A stretch of 64,000 bases of DNA from Pseudomonadales bacterium (GCA_019090315.1 JAHRWD010000014.1:9-64008); one strand, 5' to 3'; positions 9,612 through 20,039 are shown, numbered from the stretch's first letter. Translations and numbers: made by a program. The notes: a model not told the origin generated them from the letters alone.

Positions 9612-9848
9612 TCAGACCATAATATCGATAATGGTACCCTGGTTTTTTGAGGCCGCCTCAACTACCTTGGCACTTGCCTTGACCTCATTTTGAGCAGATT
9701 TCAACTCAACCAATGACTCAACCAGGCTGGTGCTGTTTCCACCTTCCTGAAGTTGTTCAGCACTAGCGATCTGTGACGAAGCGCGCTCAGCATGAGCTAT
9801 GCCCGCCTGTATTCCGCTAATGCCTATTCCGAAACTTACATCACTCAT
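9612..9848 (-). CDS. Small hypothetical protein with a motif like the flagellar rod protein C-terminus
   Basis: 78 aa. The C-terminal LVESLVELKSAQNEVKASAKVVEAASKNQGTIIDI resembles the FlgB/C/F/G C-terminal consensus (EMV.LI.AQRAYEAN.KVI...D.M...L). It lies 39 nt upstream of the SprA-like gene on the same strand. Confidence 0.5.
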   Translation of the reverse strand: MSDVSFGIGISGIQAGIAHAERASSQIASAEQLQEGGNSTSLVESLVELKSAQNEVKASAKVVEAASKNQGTIIDIMV

Positions 9849-10216
9849 TGGATTACCTATCCCGCGCCTAATCTTTGTAGAATCTATTTAGCGCTATGCT
9901 GGGTATTTTCGATGACGTTTAATCGAACTCATCAAACGCCCCAAGTTATTCACAATTAAAGATACAGCTATACGCACTAGTCTAGCCCACTCCTCATGAT
10001 CGATCGTATATTAACCAATCAAACATAAGACGAATTTGAACTTTGTCACAATTTTGAACTACTGTTTTGGAATATAGACACCGTTTCCTTCTTTTTACTT
10101 CTAATAACCTTGCTGCTTTATTCTGCAAAGGTCTCACAAAGTACCAGGGGCGCAATAATATAGCTCCTTTATTGTCAATATGATCCATCGAAGCAATTGG
10201 TTTATGATGCCCTGCT

Positions 10217-11581
10217 ATGAGTAATCGCAGCCCGCAAAAACCCGATCGTAAAATCATGACCATTAGCGAACTTAACCGTCAGGTTAAGCAGCTAATTGAA
10301 GATGGCTTTCCGCCGCTTTGGGTTGAGGCCGAACTTTCTAACGTCTCTAAGCCCTCATCCGGGCATCTTTATTTCACCCTTAAAGATGAGAAGGCCCAGG
10401 TGCGTTGCGCAATGTTCCGGGGCCGCAATCGATTTCTGCAGTTCAAACCGGCGGCCGGTGAGCGGGTGCTAGCACGTGTACAGGTCAGCCTGTATGAAAA
10501 CCGCGGCGATTTTCAGCTGATTGTTGACCGTATGGAACCTGCCGGCGAAGGTGCGTTACGGCAGGCATTTGAGCAGCTTAAGCAACGGCTCTATCAAGAG
10601 GGGCTATTTGACGAGGACTACAAGCAGGCATTACCGGAACTGCCGTCTCACCTCGCTGTGATCACGTCCGCTAGCGGCGCGGTTTTACATGACATTCTTA
10701 CGGTGCTGGAACGTCGCTTTCCGCTAATCCAGGTCACCGTGATTCCAGTTGCTGTTCAGGGTGATCAGGCTGCCCCACAAATTGTTGCCGCGCTGGAAAG
10801 GGCTAACCAGTTACCGGATCAGGTCGACGCTATTATTGTTGGCCGGGGCGGTGGTTCTATTGAAGATCTATGGCCGTTTAATGAGGAGATAGTCGCAAGG
10901 GCAATATTCGCGAGTGATATTCCGGTTGTCAGTGCAGTTGGTCACGAAGTGGATGTAACTATCGCGGACTATGTCGCTGACGTACGTGCACCCACTCCAT
11001 CCGCCGCTGCTGAACTACTAAGCCCTGACCAAAATGAAGTTCGACAATGGTTACATTCATTCGAACAGCAGTTATCCCGCGAAATCAACGACCGAATTGC
11101 CGATGAACGACAGCGAACAGACTGGCTACGTACGCGATTACGTCACCCAGGGGAGCGTTTACGGGAGCAATCCCAGCGGCTTGATGAACTCGAACTACGC
11201 CTTACCCACAACACCCGCATCGTGATCAAAACCGCTCGACTCCAGTTAGCCAGTGGTCAGGCCGAGCTACGCCGGCACAGCCCAGAACATACCCTGACTC
11301 GTTATAGGGATCGACTTCAGCAACTTTCGGCGCGGCTTAAGCAATTGATGAGTGATCGCGTCTCCAACCAGCAGATACGACTTCAGAACGTAACTCAGTC
11401 ACTTGATGTAGTCAGCCCGCTGGCAACCATATCGCGGGGTTACGCTATTGTTTCCCGCGCAGATGACAGCGCACTGATTCGATCGTATCAACAGGTTCAG
11501 CCCGGTGATCACGTTACTACTCTTCTCGGTGAGGGTTTTCTGGAATGTACCGTCGATAAAAGTATGCCAGACAAAAAATGA
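10217..11581 (+). CDS. xseA: Exodeoxyribonuclease VII large subunit
   Basis: N-terminal OB-fold text ISELNRQVKQLIE...LWVEAELSN...SGHLYFTLKD..AQVRCAMFR, then the catalytic region VITSASGAVLHDIL...RGGGSIEDLW, and a C-terminal coiled coil. Confidence 0.95.
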   Translation: MSNRSPQKPDRKIMTISELNRQVKQLIEDGFPPLWVEAELSNVSKPSSGHLYFTLKDEKAQVRCAMFRGRNRFLQFKPAAGERVLARVQVSLYENRGDFQLIVDRMEPAGEGALRQAFEQLKQRLYQEGLFDEDYKQALPELPSHLAVITSASGAVLHDILTVLERRFPLIQVTVIPVAVQGDQAAPQIVAALERANQLPDQVDAIIVGRGGGSIEDLWPFNEEIVARAIFASDIPVVSAVGHEVDVTIADYVADVRAPTPSAAAELLSPDQNEVRQWLHSFEQQLSREINDRIADERQRTDWLRTRLRHPGERLREQSQRLDELELRLTHNTRIVIKTARLQLASGQAELRRHSPEHTLTRYRDRLQQLSARLKQLMSDRVSNQQIRLQNVTQSLDVVSPLATISRGYAIVSRADDSALIRSYQQVQPGDHVTTLLGEGFLECTVDKSMPDKK

Positions 11582-12465
11582 AACAATACCCCACGCATCT
11601 GTTCTGGCGACCTGCCATTTTACTGAGTTTTCTACTTTTTCTTCAGCTCCCTGCTCATGCCGCTACGATCAACCTGCCAACTGAACAACCCGTACCCGGC
11701 GGTATTGTCATTATCCCGATAATTCCCGCTGATACCGATAACGCCAGACCGACAATCCATTTTCAAGCCCATCGTGTCATGGTCGTTAAATCCTCCGTGC
11801 CACCAGCTCAATGGCTTGCGATCGTTGGTATCCCGAGATCCGCCAAGACTGGAGCGCATTCGATCAAAATCCAGCAAGGCAAGCAGCATAGAACGCAGCA
11901 ATTTCACGTAGAGAGAAAACTCTATCCGGAACAACGGATTCAGATCACTAACAAGCGTTTGGTCAACCCTGAAAAACGCGATATGAACCGGATAACCAAA
12001 GAATCACAGATTATGAAGCGAGCCTTCACCAGCTGGAGTGAAAGCGGTAGTGAAACGCTGCGCATGGATTGGCCCGTATCCGGCCCGATTAGCAGCCCGT
12101 TTGGTTTGACGCGTTTTTTTAATAATCAACCACGGAAACCCCACAGCGGTATTGATATCGCCGCACCAAAAGGTTCCGACATCCAGGCACCCAGGGCGGG
12201 AAAAGTGGTGGCTACCGGCAATTTTTTCTTTAACGGGAATACCGTATTAGTAGATCACGGCCAGGGGCTGATCAGCCTGTTTTGCCACCTCGATCGTATC
12301 GAGACAACAAATGGGGCGATGCTAGAGAGAGGAGAGAAGATTGGCACAGTAGGCCAGACTGGCCGCGCGACCGGGCCGCACCTGCATTGGAGCCTGAATT
12401 TGAACAACGTCAGAATTGATCCAATGCTGTTTCTGGATGAACCGTTAAATACCGCCAAACCGTGA
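11578..12465 (+). CDS. M23 family peptidoglycan metalloendopeptidase
   Basis: Signal peptide. Contains HSGIDIAAPKGSDIQAP and GPHLHWSL, the M23 HxxxD / HxH motifs. ATGA overlap with xseA. Confidence 0.9.
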   Translation: MKQYPTHLFWRPAILLSFLLFLQLPAHAATINLPTEQPVPGGIVIIPIIPADTDNARPTIHFQAHRVMVVKSSVPPAQWLAIVGIPRSAKTGAHSIKIQQGKQHRTQQFHVERKLYPEQRIQITNKRLVNPEKRDMNRITKESQIMKRAFTSWSESGSETLRMDWPVSGPISSPFGLTRFFNNQPRKPHSGIDIAAPKGSDIQAPRAGKVVATGNFFFNGNTVLVDHGQGLISLFCHLDRIETTNGAMLERGEKIGTVGQTGRATGPHLHWSLNLNNVRIDPMLFLDEPLNTAKP

Positions 12466-12485
12466 ACGCTGAAAACCCGGCAAGA

Positions 12486-13484
12486 TCATAACCGCTCAAC
12501 CAAAAACTTCGGAATGCGTTGATCCAGCCAAAATACCGGTTTGAGTATCGAACCGCTTACAAAACCAACATGACCACCTAAATCACTCAACTCTAACACC
12601 GTATCTCTGGCCAAATCGCGTGCTGTCGGTATCGCTTCGGCGTGCACAAAGGGATCATCCAGCGCATGAATCAATAAGCTCGGGGTTTTGATTTCAGGCA
12701 GAAATGGCAAGCTACTGCATTGCTCGTAGTAATGCTCAGCACTGTCATAACCAAATAGTGGGGCAGTGATTAACCCATCAAAATCAACAAATGTTTTTGC
12801 CGCCACCAGTGAACCGAGCCCACGCAATTCATTGTATTTGTCCATCTCATTTTGATGCTTGTAATAGATCAGTTTGGACTCAACATAACCCACCAGCCCT
12901 TTTACCAGGTGGCGCTGATACAGGTCTGACACGCCACGGCTAATTCGGACAGTACTGAGACCAAGATCATAGGGTGATGACACAGCAACCGCCGCGGCCA
13001 GTGGTGATTTGGAACCCATCTCACCCAGCCATTTCAGCATTGCATTTGCACCCAGGGAATACCCTACCGAAGCAAAGGATGCGTTGGGAAAACGGATTAG
13101 CAGATCCTGGAACACCTCATTCATATCACTGGTTTCGCCCGAGTGATAGGCTCTCAGCAGTCGATTTGGCTCACCGCTACAACCGCGGAAATTCATCGCG
13201 ACGCTGGCAATCCCCTGATCCAGCAACTGACGCTGCAATCCAAGCACATAGTTCGAACTGGATGAACCGCATAAACCATGCAGGATCAATACGATTCGAG
13301 GGCTATCCAGCTCCGCATATTCAGCTCCAGCCCAGTCTAGGTCAACGAAATCGCCATCGGCCAGTTCAAACCGTTCCCGGGTTCGACGCAGGTTCGAGGC
13401 ACGACCCACAAACGATGGATATACAGTTTGCAGATGGGTTGAACGGAATATTCTAGATGGCCGGAAGGCACTATTTTTGATCAT
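12486..13484 (-). CDS. Alpha/beta hydrolase, YheT/ABHD1-3-like
   Basis: The N-terminal FRPSRIFRSTHLQTVYPS... motif, the GYSLGAN nucleophile elbow and the overall 332-aa layout match the YheT family. Confidence 0.8.
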   Translation of the reverse strand: MIKNSAFRPSRIFRSTHLQTVYPSFVGRASNLRRTRERFELADGDFVDLDWAGAEYAELDSPRIVLILHGLCGSSSSNYVLGLQRQLLDQGIASVAMNFRGCSGEPNRLLRAYHSGETSDMNEVFQDLLIRFPNASFASVGYSLGANAMLKWLGEMGSKSPLAAAVAVSSPYDLGLSTVRISRGVSDLYQRHLVKGLVGYVESKLIYYKHQNEMDKYNELRGLGSLVAAKTFVDFDGLITAPLFGYDSAEHYYEQCSSLPFLPEIKTPSLLIHALDDPFVHAEAIPTARDLARDTVLELSDLGGHVGFVSGSILKPVFWLDQRIPKFLVERL

Positions 13485-13820
13485 AGGGGGAGGTTGCGGA
13501 TTGTTATCTGCCTTTATTCAAACATCAGATTTGAGTCGGCAGATGATTCTAAAATTTACAAAAAAAAAGGCCGCCCTTTCGAACGCCCTTTTTTTGTCGC
13601 ATTTAACAGTAGCTGATTACTGCATCTCGGAGTCTGTCAGATTTAGGCAGTCCTACTGCGGAAAAGCCAGATTTGGCCATTTTTTTAGCTCTTTATCGTC
13701 AAATAGAACCACTATTTTCCTCAAAATAACTTAAAAAATGACTCAAACTGGACTTTCCCTCGTTACGAACACCTAAACCCGACAGGCTCCTAGGGCAGCA
13801 ATCAGCCAGTAGTTATCTGC

Positions 13821-14906
13821 TTATGCATTTACATCCAACATGGTACGGGCAACGTTTCCGCCAGTCATGTCGTCGAATGCTTCTTTCACTTCACTCAAAG
13901 GACGAACCTTGGAGATCAACGCGTCAAGCTCCAGTTTGCCTTCCATGTAGAGGTCAACCAGACGAGGAATATCGACGTGAACCTGGCCAGAACCGTACAT
14001 GCAACCGATGAGTTTCTTCTCTTGCAGGAAGTCACCAACAGGTATCTCGGCTACTTTACCCATTCCAACACCAACCACTACTGCGGTTCCACCTGGACGA
14101 ATCATAGCGAATGCTTGCTGTACCGTTACACCAAGACCAATCGCTTCGAAAGCATAATCAAGGGTAGGTGCAAGTGCCTGAACCTGAGCAACCGGATCAC
14201 CGTTTGCGCCACTTACACAGTGAGTCGCACCGAACTGGCGAGCCATTTCAAGCTTGCTGTCCATCAAATCAACCGCGATGATTTTGTTGGCACCAGCAAG
14301 ACGTGCGCCCTGGATGATGTTAAGGCCAACGCCACCACAACCGATCACAGCAACATCTGAACCTGGCTCAACGCCGGCAGTATGAATAGCGGCACCAACA
14401 CCGGTCATTACACCGCAACCGATCAAACCAATTTTATCGAGGGGCGCATCGTCACGTACTTTAATGATGCTTGATTCAGGTAGAAGTGCCTGAGTAGCCC
14501 ATCCGCCAACACCAACGCCCTGCATAGTAGGAACGCCACCGATTTTAAGACGTGGCCGCGCACCGTCAAACTGACGATCAGCGAAATCACGGTCTGTACA
14601 AAGGTTACGCATACCCTTAACGCAATAAAAACAGAATCCGCAAGATCCGTAGAAAGCGATAATAACGTGATCACCCGCTTTCACAGAAGTCACCTTGTCG
14701 CCTACTTCTTTTACAACGCCCGCTGCTTCATGACCAAAAATCATTGGCATAGGTGCTTCTGGCATCATATCCATGATGTGTAGATCACTGTGGCAAACAC
14801 CACATGAGCTGATATCGACTAAAACTTCACCGCCTTCAGTTGAAGCGAGTTCAACTTCTTCGACCAATATTGGCTTATCTGCACCTCGGTATACTGCTGC
14901 TTTCAT
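13821..14906 (-). CDS. Zinc-dependent alcohol dehydrogenase (MDR superfamily)
   Basis: Contains GVCHSDLH, GHEAAGVV, a structural-zinc Cys cluster (CGFCFYC..C) and the Rossmann motif VIGCGGVGL. Confidence 0.9.
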   Translation of the reverse strand: MKAAVYRGADKPILVEEVELASTEGGEVLVDISSCGVCHSDLHIMDMMPEAPMPMIFGHEAAGVVKEVGDKVTSVKAGDHVIIAFYGSCGFCFYCVKGMRNLCTDRDFADRQFDGARPRLKIGGVPTMQGVGVGGWATQALLPESSIIKVRDDAPLDKIGLIGCGVMTGVGAAIHTAGVEPGSDVAVIGCGGVGLNIIQGARLAGANKIIAVDLMDSKLEMARQFGATHCVSGANGDPVAQVQALAPTLDYAFEAIGLGVTVQQAFAMIRPGGTAVVVGVGMGKVAEIPVGDFLQEKKLIGCMYGSGQVHVDIPRLVDLYMEGKLELDALISKVRPLSEVKEAFDDMTGGNVARTMLDVNA

Positions 14907-15144
14907 TTGCTTTCTCCTATTATTATTTAACTGCCTAAACAGGGTTTAGACGCTTCTGATTACACAGGCCCTGCCCCGTAGCGCATTTGACTCAACGCGA
15001 ACCAAATACATACAGATAGACGAAACTGATAAAAATCCCACGAATCATAACCCTTACCGGTTATGCCAGCAAGAGTCCGCGAGGCAAAACAGTCCACAGA
15101 ACGGAGCTGTTTTATCACGAAGATCCAAACAGCAGGGCAAAGCG

Positions 15145-15597
15145 CTAAGACTTAACTTTTGGCTCTCGAATAAGCAATGTGCCCTGGGCAGAGCAACATA
15201 GCCGCCCGGCATTTTCTACCAAAGCGCGTACTACAATAGTGGAGCGTGTCATCGATACCACTTCTGATTTCGCAGTTAGCTTGCCACCGCGAATAGCTGC
15301 CATGTAGTTCAGCTTAAATTCGGTGGTGGCGGCCCACTTGCCAGCGTCCATAACCGGGTAACAAACCACACCCAATACATGATCCATAAAGGCTGCCATT
15401 ACACCGCCATGCATGGTGCCGTTGGGCGTAATCAATTCGTCAACCACTTCCAGTTCTGCGATCAGCGTTCCCGGACCAAACTCGATCAACTCAATGCCAA
15501 GATAACCGGCTATACCAGTTTGCCCTTTTGCATGGCCGGCCAACATGGCATCTGCAATGTCCTGATTAAAATTTTCAAACTTTGGAAGTTCTGGCAT
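15145..15597 (-). CDS. PaaI-family hotdog-fold thioesterase
   Basis: 150 aa. Contains NGTMHGGVMAAFMDHVLG and the single-hotdog layout. Confidence 0.8.
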   Translation of the reverse strand: MPELPKFENFNQDIADAMLAGHAKGQTGIAGYLGIELIEFGPGTLIAELEVVDELITPNGTMHGGVMAAFMDHVLGVVCYPVMDAGKWAATTEFKLNYMAAIRGGKLTAKSEVVSMTRSTIVVRALVENAGRLCCSAQGTLLIREPKVKS

Positions 15598-15749
15598 GAT
15601 ATCTATCCTTGTATTTTATTATTGAAATGGCTATAGCGCTGTTCAGCATAATACGAAACCGATTTTTTTTGTATACGTAATACTGCACAAAACAGAATCC
15701 AGCCAAACTCATAATCAGTTTCTCGCATCTTATAAAAAGGAAAAATCAA

Positions 15750-16487
15750 ATGGAATTTGCACATAGCTGGCTCGCTGAATCACCCTACATCTCAACCCTC
15801 GGCATTGTCACCAAGACACTTACGGCCGAAGATGCTGTGCTGGAACTACCTTTTAATGATGACAACTGCAATCCAGGCGGTGTATTACATGGTGGGGTTG
15901 CCGCCTCGCTATCGGTTATTGGTGCCCATGCGGTTTCCCGTGCAACCCTGGGGCCGGACGCCGGCACATTGCATACGGTTGGTTTTCAGATCAATTACCT
16001 CGCTGCCGCTATCAACGAGGCCGTATACGCTGATGTAAAACTGCTTCGCCGCGGCAAAGAACTATGCTTTTTCAATGTCGATGTTAAAACAGCCGAAGGA
16101 AAACCCATTGCCAATGCGTCTATTGCTGTTCGCGGCCGATTTGGCAAGCCGCCCGCGAAGCTGCAAAGCGCCGTCGGTGATAGCGGCGAAATAGATCCAG
16201 GTCCGATGGGTGCGCGAATTGGTGGGAACTCCTTTATTGGTAATCGCGGCATTGAAGCCGAGCTAATGAAAGGGGGGCGGTCACGACTGGTTATGCCATG
16301 GCAGGATAACAATGCAGATATCGAAGGTGTGCATGAGGGTGCCGCGCTCGCGTTATTCGACACTACAGGCGCAATGGCAGCCTGGGCGGAAACAGGGCCA
16401 GGAATGTACAAAGCATCAACACCCGCGATTCAGGCACAGGTGCTGGCACCGCCCCCAAGGGTGACCTGGTTGCTTATAGCACGGTGA
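15750..16487 (+). CDS. Tandem (double) hotdog PaaI-like thioesterase, apparently frameshifted near the 3' end
   Basis: Domain 1 has GGVLHGGVAASL. Domain 2 has EGVHEGAALALFDTTG. The last ~44 codons of domain 2 continue in another frame to 16591 (see findings). Confidence 0.7.
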   Translation: MEFAHSWLAESPYISTLGIVTKTLTAEDAVLELPFNDDNCNPGGVLHGGVAASLSVIGAHAVSRATLGPDAGTLHTVGFQINYLAAAINEAVYADVKLLRRGKELCFFNVDVKTAEGKPIANASIAVRGRFGKPPAKLQSAVGDSGEIDPGPMGARIGGNSFIGNRGIEAELMKGGRSRLVMPWQDNNADIEGVHEGAALALFDTTGAMAAWAETGPGMYKASTPAIQAQVLAPPPRVTWLLIAR

Positions 16488-16678
16488 AACAACGAGACGA
16501 AGAACTGTTTTGGTGTGATCTCGAATTAGCCGGGGCGAAGGATCATCAAGTTTATATTCGCGGAACGGTAATTTATCGAATTGTGATGTAAAGGTTCAGC
16601 TAACAGCTGAAATCGCATCAGAGACGCTTTTAATTTATACTTCTGCCATCTAAAAATACAAAATATAGGGATTGTCTT

Positions 16679-17473
16679 ATGGGTTTTCTTACCGGTAAAA
16701 GAGCATTGATCGTCGGTGTCGCAAGTAAACTTTCTATCGCTTACGGCATTGCTGACGCGATGCATAGAGAAGGCGCTGAACTCGCGTTTACTTTCCAGAA
16801 TGACAAACTTAAAGATCGTGTCACCAAATTCGCCGGCGCATGGGGTTCTGACCTCGTGTTTCCCTGTGATGTAGCTGACGACGCTGAAATTGATCAGGTA
16901 TTTACCGATCTTGGACAAACCTGGGATAGCATCGATATCGTGGTTCACTGTGTAGGTTTTGCGCCTCGCGACGAGCTGGACGGTGATTTTGTTGATGCAT
17001 CGACCCGTGAAGGCTTCAAAATTGCCCACGATATCAGCGCCTATAGTTTTGTTGCCCTTGCCAAGGCCGCAAAACCGATGCTACAGGGACGAGATGGCGC
17101 ACTGTTGACCCTTACCTATCTGGGCTCAACACGCACCATGCCAAACTACAACGTAATGGGATTGGCCAAAGCGAGCCTGGAAGCCAGTGTTCGATATCTG
17201 GCGGGCAGCCTTGGACCAGAGGGGATTCGGGTCAACGCAATTTCAGCGGGGCCTATTCGCACATTGGCGGCTTCTGGCATTAAAGACTTTAAAAAGATGC
17301 TATCCCACAATATGACCCAAACCCCTATGCGTCGAAATGTAACGACCGATGAAGTGGGCAATGCTGCAGCATTCTTATGCTCGGATCTTGCCAGCGGAAT
17401 AAGCGGTGAAGTGTTGTATGTAGATGGCGGATTTAACACCACCGCGATGGGTGACATCGAATCTACCGGTTAG
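16679..17473 (+). CDS. fabI: Enoyl-[acyl-carrier-protein] reductase (NADH)
   Basis: [25 protein letters not shown]...[13 protein letters not shown]..., the canonical FabI sequence. Confidence 0.97.
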   Translation: MGFLTGKRALIVGVASKLSIAYGIADAMHREGAELAFTFQNDKLKDRVTKFAGAWGSDLVFPCDVADDAEIDQVFTDLGQTWDSIDIVVHCVGFAPRDELDGDFVDASTREGFKIAHDISAYSFVALAKAAKPMLQGRDGALLTLTYLGSTRTMPNYNVMGLAKASLEASVRYLAGSLGPEGIRVNAISAGPIRTLAASGIKDFKKMLSHNMTQTPMRRNVTTDEVGNAAAFLCSDLASGISGEVLYVDGGFNTTAMGDIESTG

Positions 17474-17526
17474 CCTTGCCTTAAACCCTGCTCTGCATTC
17501 TTCGCAGGGCAGTTTAGTGCCTTAAC

Positions 17527-17564
17527 CATCGCTACCTGTATACAACTTACGTCAGGTAGCGATG
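17527..17564. terminator. 12-bp perfect-stem hairpin between the convergent genes fabI and ppiD
   Basis: CATCGCTACCTG (17527-17538) pairs with CAGGTAGCGATG (17553-17564). There is no U-tract. A weaker hairpin, CCCTGC/GCAGGG, lies at 17486-17509. Confidence 0.45.
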
Positions 17565-17582
17565 GCCCCGATTAATCAAAGT

Positions 17583-19463
17583 CTAGTAGACCCGAATCTC
17601 GGCAGTATCACGAAGGGTTTTGGTTAGCATCTCAAACTGAGTCTGGCCCGCGTATGAAGAGAGTGACTGGCGAAAACGGTTTCGCTCCTGTTCACTCATC
17701 TCAACTTCAGGGTCGGTCACTTTCGTCAGCACGACCAGTGAAATATTCCCGTTCTGCATCTCCAGCGTACTGGTAGTCGGCTTTTCATCGGTTGGCCGCG
17801 ACATACTGAACGCACTACGCAGAACCTCCGGTTGAACATCCCTTACAGTACGAGTAGCATCGGTAAACGGATGCCATTCAATGTGATACTTCTCCGCAAG
17901 CTCAGAGGCCGTTTTACCCGCCAACAGATCATCGTAAGCCTGCGCTGCAATAACACCTACCTGTTCACGTGCGCGCTCGGAAATATAATCCCTTTGCACA
18001 AGATCACCTGCCTCTTGAAATGATAGCTGACGAGGTTTCTCGTGCTGGCTCACACGCAATACCACCAACCGATCACCACCGAGATCTATCGGAGTACTGT
18101 TGTTTCCGTCGACCAGCACCTCATCCAGAAAAGCCGCTGCAATGACACGGCGATCACCGAGAATGCCATCACCGCCAGTGCGATCAAACGGTGCAGTTTT
18201 GTTAATTTCCAGACCTAACTCCTCCGAAGGTTCAATTAGATCAGAGGATTCAAATGCCAGGTTAGCCAGATCTTCAGCTATACGAATATACTGATCTTCC
18301 GCCTCCTTTGATGCCAATTGCTGGGCAATTCGCTCACGATTATCTTCAAATACCAACGGCTCCGGCTCATACAGGCTGACGAGTTTAATTAAATGATAAC
18401 CTGCGTCGGTTTGAATCGGTCCGGAGACCTCGCCAACGGAAAGATCAGCGAGCGCTATCTCAAATGCCTCGGGGAAGGTACTGCCATCAGTAACACCGAG
18501 TTGCCCACCCTGCGCAGCTGAACCTTTGTCATCAGAATTCTGTTTTGCCAATTCTTCAAAGTTTGCACCGTCAGCGAGCTGCTGTTGTAGCGATTCTGCC
18601 TGTTCAAGTGCCTGACCCGCATCATCTTCATCAATCGAAATCAGGATATGGGCCGCGACTCTTTGCACATTGCCCGCAGCAGCATCGACTTCAAGCTGAA
18701 ACTCGTCCTGGATCGCCTGCTCCGACAGTTCCACCGAATCGGCAACTGATTTTTTGCTAAGTTCAAGATATTCGATAGCCACTTTTTCCGTTGTCATAAA
18801 GCGGTCTAAATTGCCCTGATAATGCTGCTCTAGCTGCTCTGGAGTAGCAGAGAGAGACTCTCTAACTGAAACCTGTGTGACGGTAGCGTAGCTAAAGCTT
18901 CGGGTTTGCTGCATCAGGGTGACAAGATGCTCCAGTTCCTGCTCTGATATAAACTCGGAGCTGATGAAAGCCGCAGCGACCTGGGTCAGCATCATCTCTT
19001 CCCTCACAGATCGATAGTACATCGGCGGTGTCAGACCACTATTATTGAGCGTCCGAGCAAATAGTGCCTGATTAAACACACCATCTACCTGAAAATCTGC
19101 CTGTTGACGGATAAGACCATCAACAATTACCTTGGAAACATTAAGATCCTGTTGCTCGGCGTACTGTACCAGCAGCTGGCGATTCACTAAGCGCTGCTGG
19201 ACACCTGGTCGTAATAGGTTGTCATCAAGCAGGCTTGGATCGAAATTTTTTCCAGCCTGGGAAGCAAGCTTGCGTTTTTCAAGCATGATTGCGTTTTCCA
19301 GCTCCCGCTCGGTTATTTCAACACCGTTTACGTCCACCGCCGGCTGAACCGTTGCTCCGCCAAAAATTGAATCAATCCCAAATAAGGCAAAGGTAATCAC
19401 TATCAAACCGATAATGATTTTTGCGATGGTTCCCTGCATGTTGTCACGAATATTCTGAAGCAT
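17583..19463 (-). CDS. ppiD: Periplasmic chaperone / peptidyl-prolyl isomerase PpiD
   Basis: The N-terminus MLQNIRDNMQGTIAKIIIGLIVITFALFG is the signature PpiD anchor. It has a parvulin-like domain. Its position next to hupB is conserved. Confidence 0.93.
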   Translation of the reverse strand: MLQNIRDNMQGTIAKIIIGLIVITFALFGIDSIFGGATVQPAVDVNGVEITERELENAIMLEKRKLASQAGKNFDPSLLDDNLLRPGVQQRLVNRQLLVQYAEQQDLNVSKVIVDGLIRQQADFQVDGVFNQALFARTLNNSGLTPPMYYRSVREEMMLTQVAAAFISSEFISEQELEHLVTLMQQTRSFSYATVTQVSVRESLSATPEQLEQHYQGNLDRFMTTEKVAIEYLELSKKSVADSVELSEQAIQDEFQLEVDAAAGNVQRVAAHILISIDEDDAGQALEQAESLQQQLADGANFEELAKQNSDDKGSAAQGGQLGVTDGSTFPEAFEIALADLSVGEVSGPIQTDAGYHLIKLVSLYEPEPLVFEDNRERIAQQLASKEAEDQYIRIAEDLANLAFESSDLIEPSEELGLEINKTAPFDRTGGDGILGDRRVIAAAFLDEVLVDGNNSTPIDLGGDRLVVLRVSQHEKPRQLSFQEAGDLVQRDYISERAREQVGVIAAQAYDDLLAGKTASELAEKYHIEWHPFTDATRTVRDVQPEVLRSAFSMSRPTDEKPTTSTLEMQNGNISLVVLTKVTDPEVEMSEQERNRFRQSLSSYAGQTQFEMLTKTLRDTAEIRVY

Positions 19464-19511
19464 AGCTCCTCCTAACTATCGGATTCTCACGGTTTTAACG
19501 ATGTAAGATAC

Positions 19512-19545
19512 AAAAAAAGCGCATCAACTAGATGCGCTTTTTTTG
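19512..19545 (-). terminator. Rho-independent terminator of hupB (symmetrical A/T flanks)
   Basis: AGCGCATC (19518-19525) pairs with GATGCGCT (19531-19538), flanked by A7 and T7. Confidence 0.85.
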
Positions 19546-19630
19546 TATCTCAACCCACTCAAAACACACTATCAACCGTATCATTTTGAGCAGGTGAGTT
19601 CAGTCGGTACCTTCCGGCACCGGAATAGCT

Positions 19631-19909
19631 TTATTTGTTGTTTACTGCGTCTTTCAGTCCTTTCCCCGCCTTAAAGCTTGGGATGGTTGCCGCTTTGATT
19701 TCAATTGGCTTACCTGTTTGAGGGTTACGGCCTGTACGTGCTGCTCGCTCCTTCACAGAGAACGTACCAAACCCCACCAGCGCTACTTGATCACCTTCTT
19801 TCAGTGCTCCTGTAACCGCTTCTACGAAAGCATCTACCGCTCGACCCGCTGACGCTTTGGAAAGATCCGCAGATTCAGCAACTGCATCGATTAAATCAGA
19901 CTTATTCAC
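19631..19909 (-). CDS. hupB: DNA-binding protein HU-beta
   Basis: [12 protein letters not shown]...[26 protein letters not shown]..., canonical HU. Confidence 0.97.
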   Translation of the reverse strand: MNKSDLIDAVAESADLSKASAGRAVDAFVEAVTGALKEGDQVALVGFGTFSVKERAARTGRNPQTGKPIEIKAATIPSFKAGKGLKDAVNNK

Positions 19910-20039
19910 TCTATCACCTTTATTTTTTTGGTTGTGGTTTTTGTTGTTGTTTTAAACTTTTAATCAGCTCCCGATTAAGCATGTAGTTTTATACCAATTG
20001 AACATATCCACGTCAAGAAACTCGGGGCTTAGAGCGGCA

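Noticed and set aside
12974-13456. 160-aa + strand ORF
   Set aside because: It is antisense to the YheT-like hydrolase. The product is Pro/Arg/His-rich with no motif.
16526-17029. 167-aa minus-strand ORF
   Set aside because: It is antisense to the unmistakable fabI gene. It also overlaps the frameshifted tail of the thioesterase gene.
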